Below, one piece after another: positions 25,479-40,115 of a DNA stretch of 64,000 nt. The notes under the pieces were generated by a model. That model did no database searches. It saw only the letters and a list, made by a program, of their open reading frames with translations, and had not been told where the DNA came from. The stretch comes from Callorhinchus milii. Taxonomy: Eukaryota. Made by a program: the position numbers and the translations under genes. Where the stretch lies: the NCBI RefSeq assembly GCF_018977255.1, contig NW_024704742.1, positions 114,516,001-114,580,000 on the forward strand, in the 5' to 3' direction. Each line of letters opens with the position of its first letter. The first letter of the stretch is position 1.

Positions 25479-26629
25479 TAAGATCTATAAAACCCTGGTT
25501 GACAGGCTCATTGAGAGCAAATGGAACTCCTCGCAGAGAAAAGGATCAGTGATGTAATCAGAAAATGGTGATGATTGAGGTTAATGTGATACAATGGGAA
25601 TCAACCTTTTACTGTGGGATCTGAGCTTGAATATGATCCAAATGGATCAGATTTTGATATAAAACTGAGTTTCAGATTGTGCACACTAGCCACAAACTAA
25701 AGCTAGTTCGCCTTTAGGATCGGAATATGAATAGATTGTGTTCTTTCTCAACCCAGTTTCTAGAGTCCATTGTGCAGAAATACCCATAGACTACCAATTT
25801 TATTGAAAGATGGGTGTTGCGGGTAGTTAAAGGGGGGGGGGTGAAGTGCTTTGTGAGATTGATGTCAAGGAATTATTGTGAACCCCAGACTTTTACTTTG
25901 ATCTAATTTGTACTATACCTGGCCTGAGAGTGCCAAATTCAGGTATTTTGATACTTATTCGAATGAGATTGTGATATATGCAGGTTTTCTGTGTCTTGAT
26001 TCTTTTTGAAACCAATTTATGTATACCTTTTTATATTTTAGTCTGGTTAGCAAATTTATTTTATTTTTACTTTGTGATTTCAGCTGGATTTGCCTCTCAC
26101 ACCTATGAGGAACTATAGCAATGTGTACTTTACCTGTGGGGACTTTATTAAAATTGTTGCTGTGTTTTGGATTGTCTTTTAAGTACGTTAATCCTATCAT
26201 TGACTAATCTTTCTAAATGAAATAGGATTAAGTTGCTAACAATTTGGATTTGTAAGAGTGTTTTTTTAATATTTGCTTAACAACTATATTTAATAACCAC
26301 TTCCACCAATGCCCTTTCTTTTCCAAACCTTGTGTAGTATATATAAATGCTCTGGATTCAGGCATAGAGCATGATATCTAAATTTACTGATACTGTTGCA
26401 AATTTGGAGGCATAGCAAACTGAGAAGGAATGGCAAAGGTCCACAAAAGGATGCAGACAGGCTAATGGAATAGGTAGGGAGCTGACAAATAGTATTAAAT
26501 GTAAATAAATGTGAAGTGATACATTTTGGGAAGAAGAGCAAAGAAAGGAAATTTACCCTCAATATAAGCAGGTTGAGGAGAGAATCACACAGGAGTTCAC
26601 TTATGTAGGTCTTTAAAATGTGGGAGTCA

Positions 26630-27125
26630 ATCCTCCTTGTAGGGGAGATAAGTGAGGTCTCCTTACAACTGAGCTGGCTCTGGGATGATGTGCTTGGCAA
26701 TGGAATGTCAAAATCAAGTCACACCTATGTGGCAGTCGATGAATTCCAATTCCTAAGCCAGGCGGTTCCGCATATAGCAGGCCCTGCTGATGACAGCCTG
26801 ATTCATCCGTAGGCCTTTGAACGGGGATACTTCCCACTCAGTTTTGGTAAACCCTGCAAACCATAGCCTTAATGAGTAGGGTGATCCTAGCTTGGCAAGC
26901 AGCCGAAAGCTTGCCGGACAATGATCTCAATGGCAAGTTTTGTAGTTTTAGATGGCTAAACTCCAGCAGCACTCCCAAGGCACACTCTGGGATCCTCTTG
27001 CACCTAATACTCTCCGGGTTTAGGTAAACGAGATGTATCTCTCCAGGGAGATAGTGCACATTCCGTTTCAGACACAGGAAAATATCCACGTATGAAGAAA
27101 AAGATGTATGCATTGGAGACACGTT
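26630..27125 (-). repeat. Family U repeat copy, inserted among CR1 debris
   Basis: ggctaaactccagcagcactcccaaggcacactctgg is the reverse complement of ~52961-52997; further blocks match 53050-53280. Confidence 0.7.
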
Positions 27126-29432
27126 TGATAGTAGCTATACAGGGGTGATACAGGTAGATGGCTTATTTGGAATTTGTCAAAGAACTATAGAAGCAGAGAA
27201 ATGTACAGACCAGGAGATGACCATTCAGCCATCATGTCTGTGCTGGCTCCCTGACACAGCTATCCATTTAATCCCATTCTCCTTTCCTTTTGCCCAATCT
27301 CATCCTCCTGCCTTTCCCTGTATCCTTTTATATTTCCAAAGACACCAGCTATGCCATAGTTAAATTATTATGTCCAGGTTTGGCACCTCACAATAGAAAG
27401 GACAAAGTGCCATAAAGAGAGTAGAGTGGAGGCTCACTTGGAAGATGCCAAGTATTAGAAGCTAAAATTCTGTTGAGGGATTTGAAAAATTGGAGCATTT
27501 TTACTGAATAAACATTAGGGTCAATTTAGTTGTTCAGCAATATTTAGCATATCAAATGTACCTCATTGTGTAGGAGGTGTTTGTCCTGACTGCTTTGTCA
27601 ACAACAACGTCAGGCCCATAGTTGTAGACCTTTGACTCTTGTTCAATGAGTAAGTGCCTCAGTCAATCAAACAACAGATGTAGGACTGAAAGATTCTGTG
27701 TTTGAACCGGTGGGTTAATTCCACTCTTAACTCTTTCAAGGTAAAAAAAAATCCAATTTCTAAAAAGAATCATCGTGTCAGGGAGAAGAGGTGAAAGGTA
27801 AGCAGGATATCTCTAGGGCTCAGATGAGATGTGCCTGGCAAAGTCAGGTAAGTCTTCAATAACCAAAGGCATTGATGATAATTTTTCAGTCTGTGTGGCT
27901 CATGGATGACACTGAGAGGTGTAGTCATCCAGAATCTTTAACTGTAGACCTGACCAACTACTAAAATCACAATTTGGAAAGGAGGGCATGAAAAGATCAG
28001 TTATACTTTGTACTTGGGGTGTCTTTATCATATTCATTGCACACGGCACAAATAGTTTCAGTGCACATGGGTTCACATTGGTTGAGAATTTATTTTAAAA
28101 TGTTAGGAGTTGTGTATATCACCCCCTTTTCATCCCTTCCTTACCAAAACCCTGACTGTTCAGCACCTTGGGACGTCCTCCCAACGTGAAGGGTGCTATA
28201 CAAATGTAATTTGTTGTTGGTGTATAGGCATTATAAGCACAATTCGTTTTTCTTGTAAATTGCTTGAGATGACATTTTCTTATTCAACATTAGAAACAAA
28301 TAGAAAACAATGGTTTGTGAAATATATTCCAGATGAATTCTGCAAGGTTTTAAAAGAACCATCCTTTTACTCTCCTGCAAAGACAGTAATGGGAACTTAA
28401 CTAGTGATTTGTTATAAGCACCAGTAAGGTTGTTTCTCTGTGTATTTAGTTTAGAGTATTATTCACATAATGAGGCTGTGCTGTTTGTTAATCAGCTGAT
28501 TTGTATGTTGCAGTTTATAATGCATGTGATAGCAGGTCTATAAAATATCTTCAGAACTATGTCAGGTTGCAGGCCTCAGCATGTAGAACTTAAAAAGCTT
28601 AATTCAACGATTGTTTAACAAAATATGCTGGAAAGATCTGTATAAGATTAACATAACTGCTGTCTTTGTGGCTTCCTGTTTTGGATTAAATATGCCTCCA
28701 GGACATAGAGCGTGTCTCAGCTCTTCAAAGTGAGGATGTTGTAACCCTTTCTATACTGAAATCTTTTGCGTGCTGTTTTACTCTATTTTCTATGACAGGA
28801 GAAGGAGAATGGGAGGTGGGGGGAAGGCAGATTTTTTTATGGCACTGCCTTTGAACAGTAATGTGACAGTTAAGTGACTTTAGAAAAGTTTTTTTATCTA
28901 ATCTTAAACAGTGTAAGAATTGATATCCACTTTTCATGTGATCATCTTGAAAATGGCCTCTTTTCAGCCATGCATATAGTAGATAAGTCCTATTCATATG
29001 TTCAAATGCTGAATGTTCATTTAAAAGGAAAATAATACTGTACTTTCAAGCCATAGTATATCTTCAACTCCCATTCTTTTTATTTATTTCTCTCACTAAT
29101 TATGAAAAATCTACCTAAGAGAATTAATTATTGCTAGCTACGTGCTGTACCCTCAAGGAGAATGGTGTTCTAAGTTGCACAGAGGCATTTCACAATCATT
29201 CAGCTCTATAATCAGCCTAAGCATTCCTGAATGATATCCACAAATTAAAAACAAAGTGCTGACCACTGTTGGGTCTATTGTAGTTCATACAGACTTTTAG
29301 CTTATAGACTTCAGTTGAGCGTATATATTGGGGTAGTAATGAAATTACTGTGGCTGCATCATTTGCTTGTCACTGGTTTTAGCTCAAAATCAATGTAGTG
29401 AGTCAGTAAGCATGATATCTTTCAGGACAGGA

Positions 29433-29753
29433 AATAATAATAATAATAATCCTTGCATTTGATATAGCGCTTTTCACATCTTCTCAACGTCTCAAAGTGC
29501 TTCACAGAATAGACTGTAAAGTGAATTGACTGTATTTGTGGGTGAAACGCAGCAGCCAATTGCGCACAGTAGTGTCCCACAAATAGTCGTGGATTGAAAA
29601 TGACCAATTTATTATTGTTTTTTGTTTTTGGAGGGATTATTATTAGGCGTGTGGAGTAAGGAAACTTGCCCAGGGTTTCGCCCTGCCTGGAATTGAACCC
29701 AGATGTCTCGCTTGCAAGGCGAGTGCTCTAACCACTGAGCTACAGGACTACAC
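29433..29753 (-). mobile_element. SINE family A, short (internally deleted) form, full length
   Basis: tRNA head, ctccacacgcc|taataataatccctcc deletion junction, attggctgc block, (ATT)n tail. Confidence 0.92.
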
Positions 29754-30382
29754 AATTATTATGTCTTAAAGGTAGGAGGACAAGTTGACAAAACAGGTGA
29801 AAAACTAATGGAATCCAAGGTTTTGCAATTTGAGGCAGAAAATATTGAAACAAAGTGGAGGTTGATAATGTAAGCAGGGACAAATTATTACTACTGGTTG
29901 GTTAGTCAAAAATAAAGGGCATAGATTTAAGGCAGGTGCTTTGGGACATCCTCCTGACATGAAAGGCTCTATATAAATGTCATTTGTTGTTGTTGTAATT
30001 ACTAATAGGGCAAAGGGATTTTAGGACATGAAATAGCACTATTTTGTATAGTGGTTGCAGCAGAATCTATATTAGCTTTTAAAAGAGAACAAGAAAAATA
30101 TAAAAGGATATGGTCAAAGGTAGGAGAATGGGACTAAATAGGTAGCTCTTCCAGAGAGCGAGTAGACAGAAGTCTAAATGACCTCTTTCAGTGCTGTAAA
30201 TTTCAATGGTTCTATCTGGTTCCAATTGCTTCACTTTTGCCCTTTTTAAGATATCAATGTTGTGATGTGCCCCATGCACAAAAAATTCAAAACAGTTTCT
30301 CTTGGCTTCTGCTTTGTAGCTCTTTCACATTCATAAGTAATCTCAATGTTTTGTTTTATTCAGAATTTTACACTTATAATCA

Positions 30383-30778
30383 TCATTGCATTTGACATAG
30401 CACCTTATTATGTCAAAGCATTTCAAAGCTCTGCACCGAGATTTTTGTAAAGTCTTGTGACTATTTGTAGAAAACCGAGGCAGACAATTTTCTTATAACA
30501 ATGCCCCACAAACAGCCAGGAGGTGAATAACAATTTAGCTGGCCAGAACACTGGGAGCAACTTCCTTTTCGAATAGTACCTCTAAGCCTACCTGAACAAG
30601 CAGATGGAGCTCTGTTTAACATCTCATCCAAAGGGCAGCACCATCACCAATGTAGCACTTCCCCCAATATTGCACTGAGATGTCAGCCTAGTTTGTGAAC
30701 TCAATGTCACGAATGTGGGACTTGAGCCCATAAACCTTTGACCCAAAAGTGAAAATTCTGCCAACTGAGCCAAGTTGA
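30383..30778 (-). mobile_element. Deu-domain SINE
   Basis: tttaacatctcatcc...gcactgagatgtcagcct...cttgagcccat on the + strand is the reverse complement of the Deu-SINE core and head. Confidence 0.8.
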
Positions 30779-31347
30779 TGCATTAAAAATTTTGGTGAAG
30801 AATTTCAGTAACTGAAGGCAGGTCACAAAGCTTTATGTGTTTCATCAACATGATCATTTGCTTGATTATATTTCACCAAAGGTTTGCTCAAAGGCTTATT
30901 AACAATGGAAGGTTATCAGTACCTTTATCTCTGCCACTTTCTGTGACAGGAACATTTACTCAGTACAACTGTTTGGCTCTGATTCTTTAGAACCAGCCAA
31001 CAGCATTGAAATACCATTACCACAAAACTATAGGAGCAAGTATAAGCAATCCTGAGAAGCAAATCCGCCACACTGGCTGCACAGATTTCCTATTTGGAAA
31101 GAGAACCGAGTTTCTCTTGGTGTCTGAGTCCCCAGATAAATTTAGTCATTCACTTCATGCACGTACTTCAAATTGTGTCTACAAAATACACAGTCATTAC
31201 ACTTTACAGTGTATTACATGAAGCGCTTTGAGATCTCCTCCCAACATGAAAGGCCTTATATCAAATGCAAGGATGTATTTATTATTGTTATTATTTCTAT
31301 TATTATTTGCTGGGATTTTCTGTGACCTACCTAAGTTCAGAAGCAAC

Positions 31348-31733
31348 ATGGAGTTCTGTAGCTTAGTAGTTAGATCACTCGTCTTGCAAGCGAGAGGACA
31401 TGGGTTTGATTGCCAGCAGGGAATGTTGGGCAAGTTTCCTTACTCCACACTCTGTTTATTTAGCAGTAAGAAGGAACCCAGTTGTTAGTCAATTGGTGGA
31501 TCGCTTTTCCGGGGGTAATAGTTCCTTCAAAATAAATAAAAATAATAATTTGGTCACATAACAATAATTTGGTCAATCCACGACTATTTGTAGAACACTG
31601 TTGTGAGCAATTGGCTGCTGCATTTTTCTCACAAAAGTCAATTCACTTTAGAGTACATTCTGTGAAGTGATTTGAGACGTCTCAAAGATGTGAGAAGGCT
31701 GTATATCAAATGCAAGGATTATTTTTATTTATT
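31348..31733 (+). mobile_element. SINE family A, long form, full length
   Basis: tRNA head, full central block, shared 3' half and tail. Confidence 0.92.
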
Positions 31734-34511
31734 GTATAATGTGCAACTGATGTTGCTTACATGGGAACATAAACCATAGACTCACACTGTCATATTGTTG
31801 GCTGTGTATTTCTGATCTTCCTGTAGATCTCCAAAACAAAAAATGCTTGAAATTCCCTTTACCATAGCTACCCTGGAGAACAGAGGAAGTGCTGGAGCTT
31901 TACAAAATAAATCAATAAAATTCCAACGCTGCTTCCTTGTGGTGTTTGTGTGGGTTTAAAGGAGTAGCCCACTGGGTTTCACCCACAAAGACACAATCAC
32001 TCCAAAGAAAAATATCTGTGAAGTATTTTGGGATATCTTCCTGACGCTATACCAAATGCAAGTTTTTTTTATTATCTATATGTTATTTTTCATGAATGCA
32101 AGCCTTCAAGAGGACTAAAATACTTAAAACTTTGGAAATCAGAAGGACGTTTTTGAGAAGATTTCTGCCAGAAGACCCACATCTTCCTCCCACTAATAAC
32201 TCACGTCTTCAAATCCCATTCTTAGTACCCACAACAATGGTCGAGGGAATGGTACAACTTATGAATCTTTACAGACCAATAAAAAATTACAGCAGATGTT
32301 TGGGTGAGAGAAGCATAAGCTATCTTTTGGTTAGCCAGATCAAATGTATTAATCCTAAATTATATGTGATACCACTGGTTGTGTAACATGCTCTATCACT
32401 GATAAAGGATTTGAAACCTAGCTCCATGCTTATTCATATACCTATCATTTCAGCTTTAGTATATTCCATTGTGTTACTTCCTTCATTTCCTACTTTATAA
32501 TAATAATAATAAACTCGATAATGAAACATGGGGTGCTGGTGGGAATTTGAATCTCGTCCTTCTCAAGCTTATGCACCTTTCTTGAAAGATGTTGGAAACT
32601 TGTGGTCTAAAATTTCTTTCATGAAAAATAGTTTGATTGGTTCTCTAGCTTCAAACAGAAAAATAAGTGACCTCTGTAGTAGTAAATCAAACGTATCTTA
32701 TCTGGAATGATAGTATAGATGTTCATAGACTTCATCCAATATTTCTTCTAAAGGTAATTCCCAAATTTCTTCTCTTACAAGATAATTTTGTTCATCCACA
32801 AAATACACAGTCACACGTCTCGACAACATGATAAGACACCATATCAACGCAAGGATTATAATATTGATTTATTCTTATTTTAGCTTGAGTTTCATTTTCA
32901 TATGTCAAACTCAACATGGCATCTATTTCATAGGTATCAGACATGATGATTTTGTTGTGATTTTTGACAATAGATTGGGTTACTTTGTAAAGGCAAGTGG
33001 TTATTTGTTTTCTCTAAAGCCACAAATGTCTGCAACCCAATCTCCTGCAAATATAAATATTTATTATAAATAGAGGCTTTTCTAAGTGTTAAGTGTATGA
33101 TTTTTGTAACAAGGAAACATTCAGGAAATGTTAATGATCATTTGATCTTGTTGACAACCATATCTTTAGCTAGCCTCCAAAAAAATAATTTGGAGAGAGT
33201 CTGTGAAGCTGCCATCTGGAAAAATTCTCATTACTGTAGTATTGCTGTTTGCTTTTCTAAGCACAGCTAAATGGGATAAATAGTTATGCATTGTAGCTAT
33301 TCTTATAGTCAGTAGATAGCAAATCCTTCACCCCATCCCAGGATGATATGCTTATTGTGGTGACCTTATATTGATCAAGATGGAGGATATTTCATTTGAA
33401 TGACGAAGATAATGCTACAAGCTGTGTAATATTTTGCTAATTCTTTTTATTTTCTCATCCTTATATTTTAAGATATACAAGAACGCCCCTTGTATGTGGC
33501 CATGTGCATGTATATGTGCAAGGGTAATATGTTCTTAACACTACCCTGAAGATTACCTTTGCCCTCCTCGACTTCATGAGAGTAATATGGAGGGCCCTTT
33601 GACCAATTTGAACTCATTCTTCTAGAATTCATACACTACCTCCTTTCCATTGCAGTATTGAGCTGTTTTGCAAATGCTTTCAGTGTTCTGATCTCTACCA
33701 CATTTTCTGGGAACCCAGTTCAGTTGTTGATTAGCCTTCAAAAAGTCTTGCTATAAATGGTCATGAAACTTGTTCGATTGAGAGCAGTAATTTTTCAGTT
33801 TAACATGATATGAAATTGCGGTTATAGGAAGTGGGTAAATGTGTGCATGCGGCTTATCTGTTTGGGACTACAAGTGCTACTTGTTCTAAAAGTAAAGAAT
33901 ATGTCTGTCAGCAGGTTTGAAAGAAAGTGTTTAGTTTTCAAATATTCCCATTTTCTGCATTTGTATAAAGGTTTAACACACTTCAGCTAAGAAAGTTATA
34001 ATACCATTCTCTTCAGACACTTCTGTTCCAGTTTAACTTCGGATAAAGCTTAGTCCAAGTTATGTTTAGCGTAAGTCCAAACTAGTAACAGAAATGTTGA
34101 TCAATTTTGCGGACTTTTGATCTTTTTTAATTATCCAACAATTTGGTCTTGATTCCAAAGTATTTATGAAAAAGTATTTTATTCAGATGAAGTACTCAGA
34201 TGAGTTCATCTCTTTCTCCCTCCATCCCTCCCTTCCCCACCCCCATTATTTTAGAACCTTTCAAGACCTACCACAGATCATTTTACATTTTCCTTCTGCC
34301 TGAAGCTTTATTCCTACATTCTGCTGAAATAGGAATCTCTTCCATTCCATTTTAAACGTGAACACGATAGGAATAGATCAATTTAGGGTCTTTCTTTTGG
34401 GCATTGCTTTTTTTCTACGATTCATCAGTGGTCACTTAAAAAAAAGCAACATAGCTGCTACTTACACGGAAGATGTTAATGTTTCAGTTGAATTTAAAAG
34501 AGGCATGAGGC

Positions 34512-34528
34512 ATCGCCCTCTGCTGGGA
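34512..34528 (-). promoter_or_regulatory. Candidate CTCF site
   Basis: Minus strand CCAGCAGAGGGCGA matches the CTCF core CCASYAGRKGGCR and lies in unique sequence. Confidence 0.5.
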
Positions 34529-36164
34529 AGAGTGGAAGAATAATCTCAATAAAAGCCATCAACATTTTCCTCCAGATATGCATTATTGATATTTGTAAGC
34601 CTGTTACAAGGAGTGCTTTTATTTTGCTTTTCTTGGCAATTATCCTATTCTTGATGACAAGGATAGGCTATTTCATATAAAATAAAAGACCCAGCTGATG
34701 CCCAGATAATCACGTAAAAGGTTAAGCATGAAATTCTAATGTATTAAATTGCTTCCATTCACTGTTTTTGTATGAAATTTCTGATCCAAACAGAACACTT
34801 CCATACAAAATATATAGTCTTCCAATTTTCCATTTGTAAAATTAACACTCAAAATAGTCTCAAAATGAAGCTATGTTTTATGTTTTTTATAGTGCTTGAA
34901 AATTCAGTCTTTCTCCTCCCCCACCTCTCTAAAATGTAAGATTTTTGCTTCTGTTTTGTACCATTAAAATGATTTCTTGGGAACCTCCCTTCCCTTGTAT
35001 TCTCTTCTTTCCTTGTCTGCCTTCATTCTCGTTGTGGCTACTGTTGGCATTGTTTCACTCTGTGATCTGTCTCTGGCTGAGAGATTCAGAGGTGCATTGC
35101 TTGGAGTGGCCAATGCTGTTAAAATTGTTCTGTTATAGGGCTTTGTGTTTCTGAATGCTATATGGAGCAAAGGCATACTAATGAACAATAAAACTGAGGA
35201 AAATAAGAACCGAATGGTATAGCAGGTTGGAACAGTATCCTTTCAAATCTGGGATCTTAGTTTAAATCCAGCTTAAATTGAGAAGTTGAGATAGAAAAAG
35301 GTCATTTGGCCACTGATGCTCATCCCTATTGTGTCGTTCTGACAGCACAACCAATTAATCCTGAATTGTGGACAAAAAGGCTTATAGGGTGACTTGCAGC
35401 TAATGGAGAGGTTCACATTGATGAGTGCTGTTTTAAGGATAGAATTAAACTAAAGCTCATTATTGGAACAGAGCCGAGGGGTTTTATTTTGCAGCTGGAT
35501 AATAGTGTTCTCCAGCCTGGTGATTGCCAGGTTGATTAGTTCAAAAATTCTGCTCAGCACTGTAAAAAGAGAAGTAAGGTAAGCAGAACAAAGCAAAAGG
35601 CAGGAGTATGAAATATAACAGGACAGGCTGTTTTAATTCTAGGGCTGAATTAAGGCACAAATGACCTTAACAGTGCCATTACAGCCTATTCATTTTGTCT
35701 TGGATTTGATTCTTTTTGGTGGGGGTGGGGGGGGATGTTGTGGAAAGAGGATAGATTGAGGCAAAATTGGGAAGGGATTAAAATTGCAACTGACATTAAA
35801 GAGGATCTCCAGCAACCCAATAAAACTCTGTGGGGCATTATAAGTAAATTTCCTGATCTTGGCCACAGTCTTATTTTTGTTCATTTTTTGCACATCGCCA
35901 AAACTTTTAAATATACCAACCAACAGAGAACAAGACATGCTCACCTGCTAAAGTTGGCAGTTTTGTAGACAAGTAAAAGTACTTATTTGCCTCTGTGTCA
36001 GAGGCATAGCCGTGACTGTGTCAGAGCTGGTTAGACTCCAGCAGTACCCTAATGCGCACTCTGGGGTCCCCGAGCCTTAGCTCTTGCCAACCTGTGCCTA
36101 ATACTTTCCAAAATTAGGTAAGCAGGATGCATTCAGACATCAGACATCCAGTTCACCAAAAAAA

Positions 36165-36655
36165 AGGCTGCAGGTTCAAGCTTCACTTCTGGACTTTGAG
36201 TTCGTAGTTGAAATTGCCACTTCACTGCAGTGTTGGAGGTGCCAAAATTCAGATGAGACATTGGAATGAGGTCCTGTATGCCTAGTCAGGTGTATGTTAA
36301 AGTTCCTATAACAGAGAGTTCCTATGGGAAAAGAAAAGGGAGTTGTTCCCTTTATTTTACCACGCTGTCCTTTGTGTGAGGTGTAAACTGAGGCTCCATC
36401 TGCCAGTTCAGCTGGACGTTAAAGATCTCATGGCACTATTCGAAAAGAGAAGAGAGTTTCTCTTGGTGTCCTGGCCAATAATCCTCCAGATAAAATTGGT
36501 CAATTCATAGCTGTGTGTAGGGTATTGCTGGGCACAAATTGGCTGTTACGTTTGCTCACAAATACACAGTCACGACACTTCAAAGAAATTCCCTGTGAAG
36601 CACTTTGATATACTTTGATGTTATCAGCACTAAACCAAATGTAAGGATTATTGTT
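36165..36655 (+). mobile_element. Deu-domain SINE(s); the core occurs twice
   Basis: Core at ~36250-36305 and again at ~36385-36480, followed by the shared 3' half and tail. Confidence 0.8.
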
Positions 36656-37229
36656 GTATTGTTAAGTAGAGAGACACTTGTATACAGTATTTTAACCCAC
36701 AAATTACACAGTCAATTCACTTTACAGTGTATTCTGTAAACCGCTTTGAGAAGTCTTGATGATGTGATAAGGCGCTATATCAAATAGCAGGACTTATTAT
36801 TACGTAAAACTTTCAGCTATAGGCAGCAACACGTTTTTGTGTCGGTATATTTGTGTGTTCTATTTTAGTTTATATTAAGTCATTTGTTCAAGAAATTAAA
36901 TAAGCTTTGGGTCAAAGGTTTTCCAAATTGGCTATTTTTATCTACAGTTTACAGTCAAACATCATGCATATCATTTCTTGGCAAATTGTTTATCAAGATT
37001 CAAGCTCACTGTGTAATGCTTGAGGAGCTTCATAAACTATATTTGTCAATGTTTAGACAATTATTCTTTACAAAATACACTGTCTGTGCTGCTGTAGGCT
37101 TTTTTCGAATCTCCCTCACAAGACAAATTACTTATTTGCTTTAATTGAGACTTTCTTCCTTGTCAATTTTGACTCATCATTTCCTAACCTCTACCCTCCC
37201 CTCATATCATTTATCTTCAAATAACACCC

Positions 37230-37642
37230 ATCCTCCAGTGGATCAATTTGACAGTCCTCATCTCCACCTTCAAATGTCTCCATGACATTGCACCACCCTA
37301 TCTCTGAGATCTTGTGTGAATGTGCTCATTTAGCCACTCTCTTTGCTCTGGGCCTGCTCCCAACCCCCCCCCCCCTCCCCACCCCCCCCACACCTGCTGT
37401 GCCCCACTGTTGGCAGATAAGCCTTCAGTCATCTTGTCCCTCCCTCTACAACTCTCTCCTGAAATTCCTCTGACTCCCTCCTCACCCCTCTGCTTTCAAA
37501 TCCTACCTATCTTTTTGACTGCATTTCAGCCACACGCGCACACCACCATCTGGCTCCCTCCCAGCTCATGCTCCTCAGTGTTGTGAAGGACATTAAGACG
37601 TCCTCCCTAAGCGAAAAGCACGATACAAGTTTTGTTGTTGTT
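37230..37642 (+). mobile_element. Decayed L2 3' fragment
   Basis: C-rich L2 3' region ending gacgtcctccc...gaaaagcacgatacaagttttgttgttgtt. Confidence 0.65.
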
Positions 37643-39421
37643 TCATCCAGCTTAACTGGTGCACTTCCTTTGCAAACCCTTTCAGGGCTTATTTTCTGTC
37701 CAGTTAGTTTGTCCCACTTGAGCCATGCAGATGCCGCCAGGGAAGTCAGTCAAGGTGTCTGTCACCAGACCTCCACCCTTCCTGGAATGATGTCTACCGG
37801 GTAGAGATGCGAGAGAATGAAAATAGAAACAGTTTTGCTTACTGTTTTCCTTTATGTAAGGATTTGACATTGCTTGGTGTGATTCTTACACCGACAAGAT
37901 TGAGATAAGGAGCTCACCAGTGTGAAGGATTTGATGTACCCTTGTAGCATTTTAAACAGTTAGTAGACCCTTTAAAAACAAAATCCAAGTAAAACAACCG
38001 TTTGAAAGCAATACTCGTTTGCTTCTATTTACATTTTTGTGCAACATTTTGACTATTTTTATCAATGATAGATCTTGTCAACATATTGGTGTGAAGCGAA
38101 AAGCTAAGAATCCTTGCATTTGATATAACACCTTTTCACACCATTGAAATGTCTCAAAAGGCTTCACAGGGTTTACTGTAAAATGTAGCGATGGCGTATT
38201 TTGTAGGTGAAGATGTGTGTGAATCACATTTAAATTGTTGTTAATTTGGGTGCACAAACATGGTCTTAAGCTCCTAAAACAAGCGGTTTGGTGGAAAAGG
38301 TGCCTATGTATCTTAACACATGGCATTGATTTTTCTTTGCACAAAACTCATTCACTTGTCTTTGCTAGCTTGTCCACTACAAAGGATTTTTGCTTAAAAT
38401 TTATGGTGGTGACATTTTTCCTTCCTTTTTTTGACATGAAACTTCCTATAGAAAACAAATAAAGTGAATGAAAAACCGTTGGGATTAATGTTTTCCAAAA
38501 GGCAGAGCAGGGTGGGGAGGGGTATTTCCAAATTATAGGTCTGCAGTGTTTTTCTTCTCATTAACTTGGCAGTCGTCTGCTCTCCAATAGCTGTTGGGGC
38601 TTTAATCAATACGTAGGAAAAATTGCAGCATTTTCAGTAAATATCATTTATTTCCTTTACAGCTTGCAGCGTAGCAAAATAGTTTGTCTCCCATGATGAA
38701 AATAAATACACTGTTCGGATGTAAAGAAATGATATTCCACATGTGTTAGACATTAATGTGTGGCACAAGTAGGATATTACTATAGTGGGTCATACTGTGA
38801 ACAAAAACACTCTTACCCCCCATTTAGTGTGTTGATTGGTTTAAAATGTAAACGTAGATATGTTTGGATGGGCAGGTAGCTCTAGCAATGGAGCACATTG
38901 CCCGCATTCCGAAAGACCAAGTTTATGTCACTTTCTTAAACACATTTGAAATATCCTCTTGGAAACAGGAGGGAGGGAGTAATCTACCCTCACTGTGAGA
39001 TTAGACAACCGTCACTACATTGGGGGAAGGAGGATTCCATTGTTCTCTCTCCATAGAAGCCTCTTCTGCCCTCCAACTATAGTACAGTTGGTTGACAGAA
39101 TAAGAATCCTGTGCACCCAATCATCCTCCATCTCATCCGTGAAAGAGATCCCACTGGAGAATGAAAGAGCTGTATAACAACTATAATTTGGTTTTAAGAT
39201 GCGCCATCGAATAGTACTGTGCAGGAGCAGAGTAGATCAGCAAGAAGAAGGTAGGGGAGGAAGGTGTCTGATGGCATGTAGATTTTTAGAAAGCTTTTAA
39301 AAACAGGGAGGGAGGCTGCAAGGAGGAGGTCATTTGTGATCCTGAGAATGTGGCATTACACCCTGGACCAGATACAAAGCAAAACTTCTGCCCCTTTGCC
39401 TCAATAATGGTGCCTTAATAA

Positions 39422-40115
39422 TAATAATAATAATAATCCTTCCATTTAATATAGCATTTTATCACATCTTCAAGACGTCTCAAAGCGCTTCACAGAATAT
39501 ACTTTAAACTGAATTGACTGTATATTTTGTGGGCGAAATGTGGCAGCCATTTGCGCACAGCATTGTCCCACAAACAGTCGTGGATTGAAGTGACCAATTT
39601 ATTATTATTGTTTTTTTGAAGGAATTATTACTCCCGGAAAAGCGATCTGCCATGCGACCAAAACCAGGTTGTTAAAGGGGAACTGAAGTCTGGAGGAAGT
39701 ACAATTCGTTTTATTGAAAGTACTCCTTGTGGAAACAGAATAAAAAACGCTTTTTATTAAAAACGTTTAAATAATTCTTTATCCTAAATAAGTAATTGTC
39801 ACTTGAACACACTATCTGGGATCTGTGGCCTCCTAAACAACGGTTGCTCTGGATGACGGATATTTCTTTCTGGTCAACTGAGTGTCTGATACATGTGAAA
39901 ACCTATCACCGTGCTAAAGAGTATCCGAACCAGCCTGCTTGCCACCTAATCATGGTAGAGGATTGTGGAGCTACAGGACTGTGGAATCCTGTAGCTCAGT
40001 AGTTAGAGCACTCGCCTGATAAGCGAGAGACCTCGGTTCGATTCCCAGCAAGGCGAACTGTTGGGCAAGTTTCCTTACTCCACACGCTTCTGTTTAAGCA
40101 GTAAGTCGGAACCTG
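39422..40115. mobile_element. SINE family A split by an inversion (3' half at 39422-39670 minus; 5' half at 39982-40115 plus)
   Basis: The two halves are complementary parts of the consensus and meet at caggtt/aacctg. Confidence 0.75.

Noticed and set aside
27741..27847. Exon candidates with donors AAG|gtaagc (27797) and CAG|gtaagt (27847)
   Set aside because: The 57-bp candidate has stops in all frames, and ggtaagcaggat resembles a family U repeat block.
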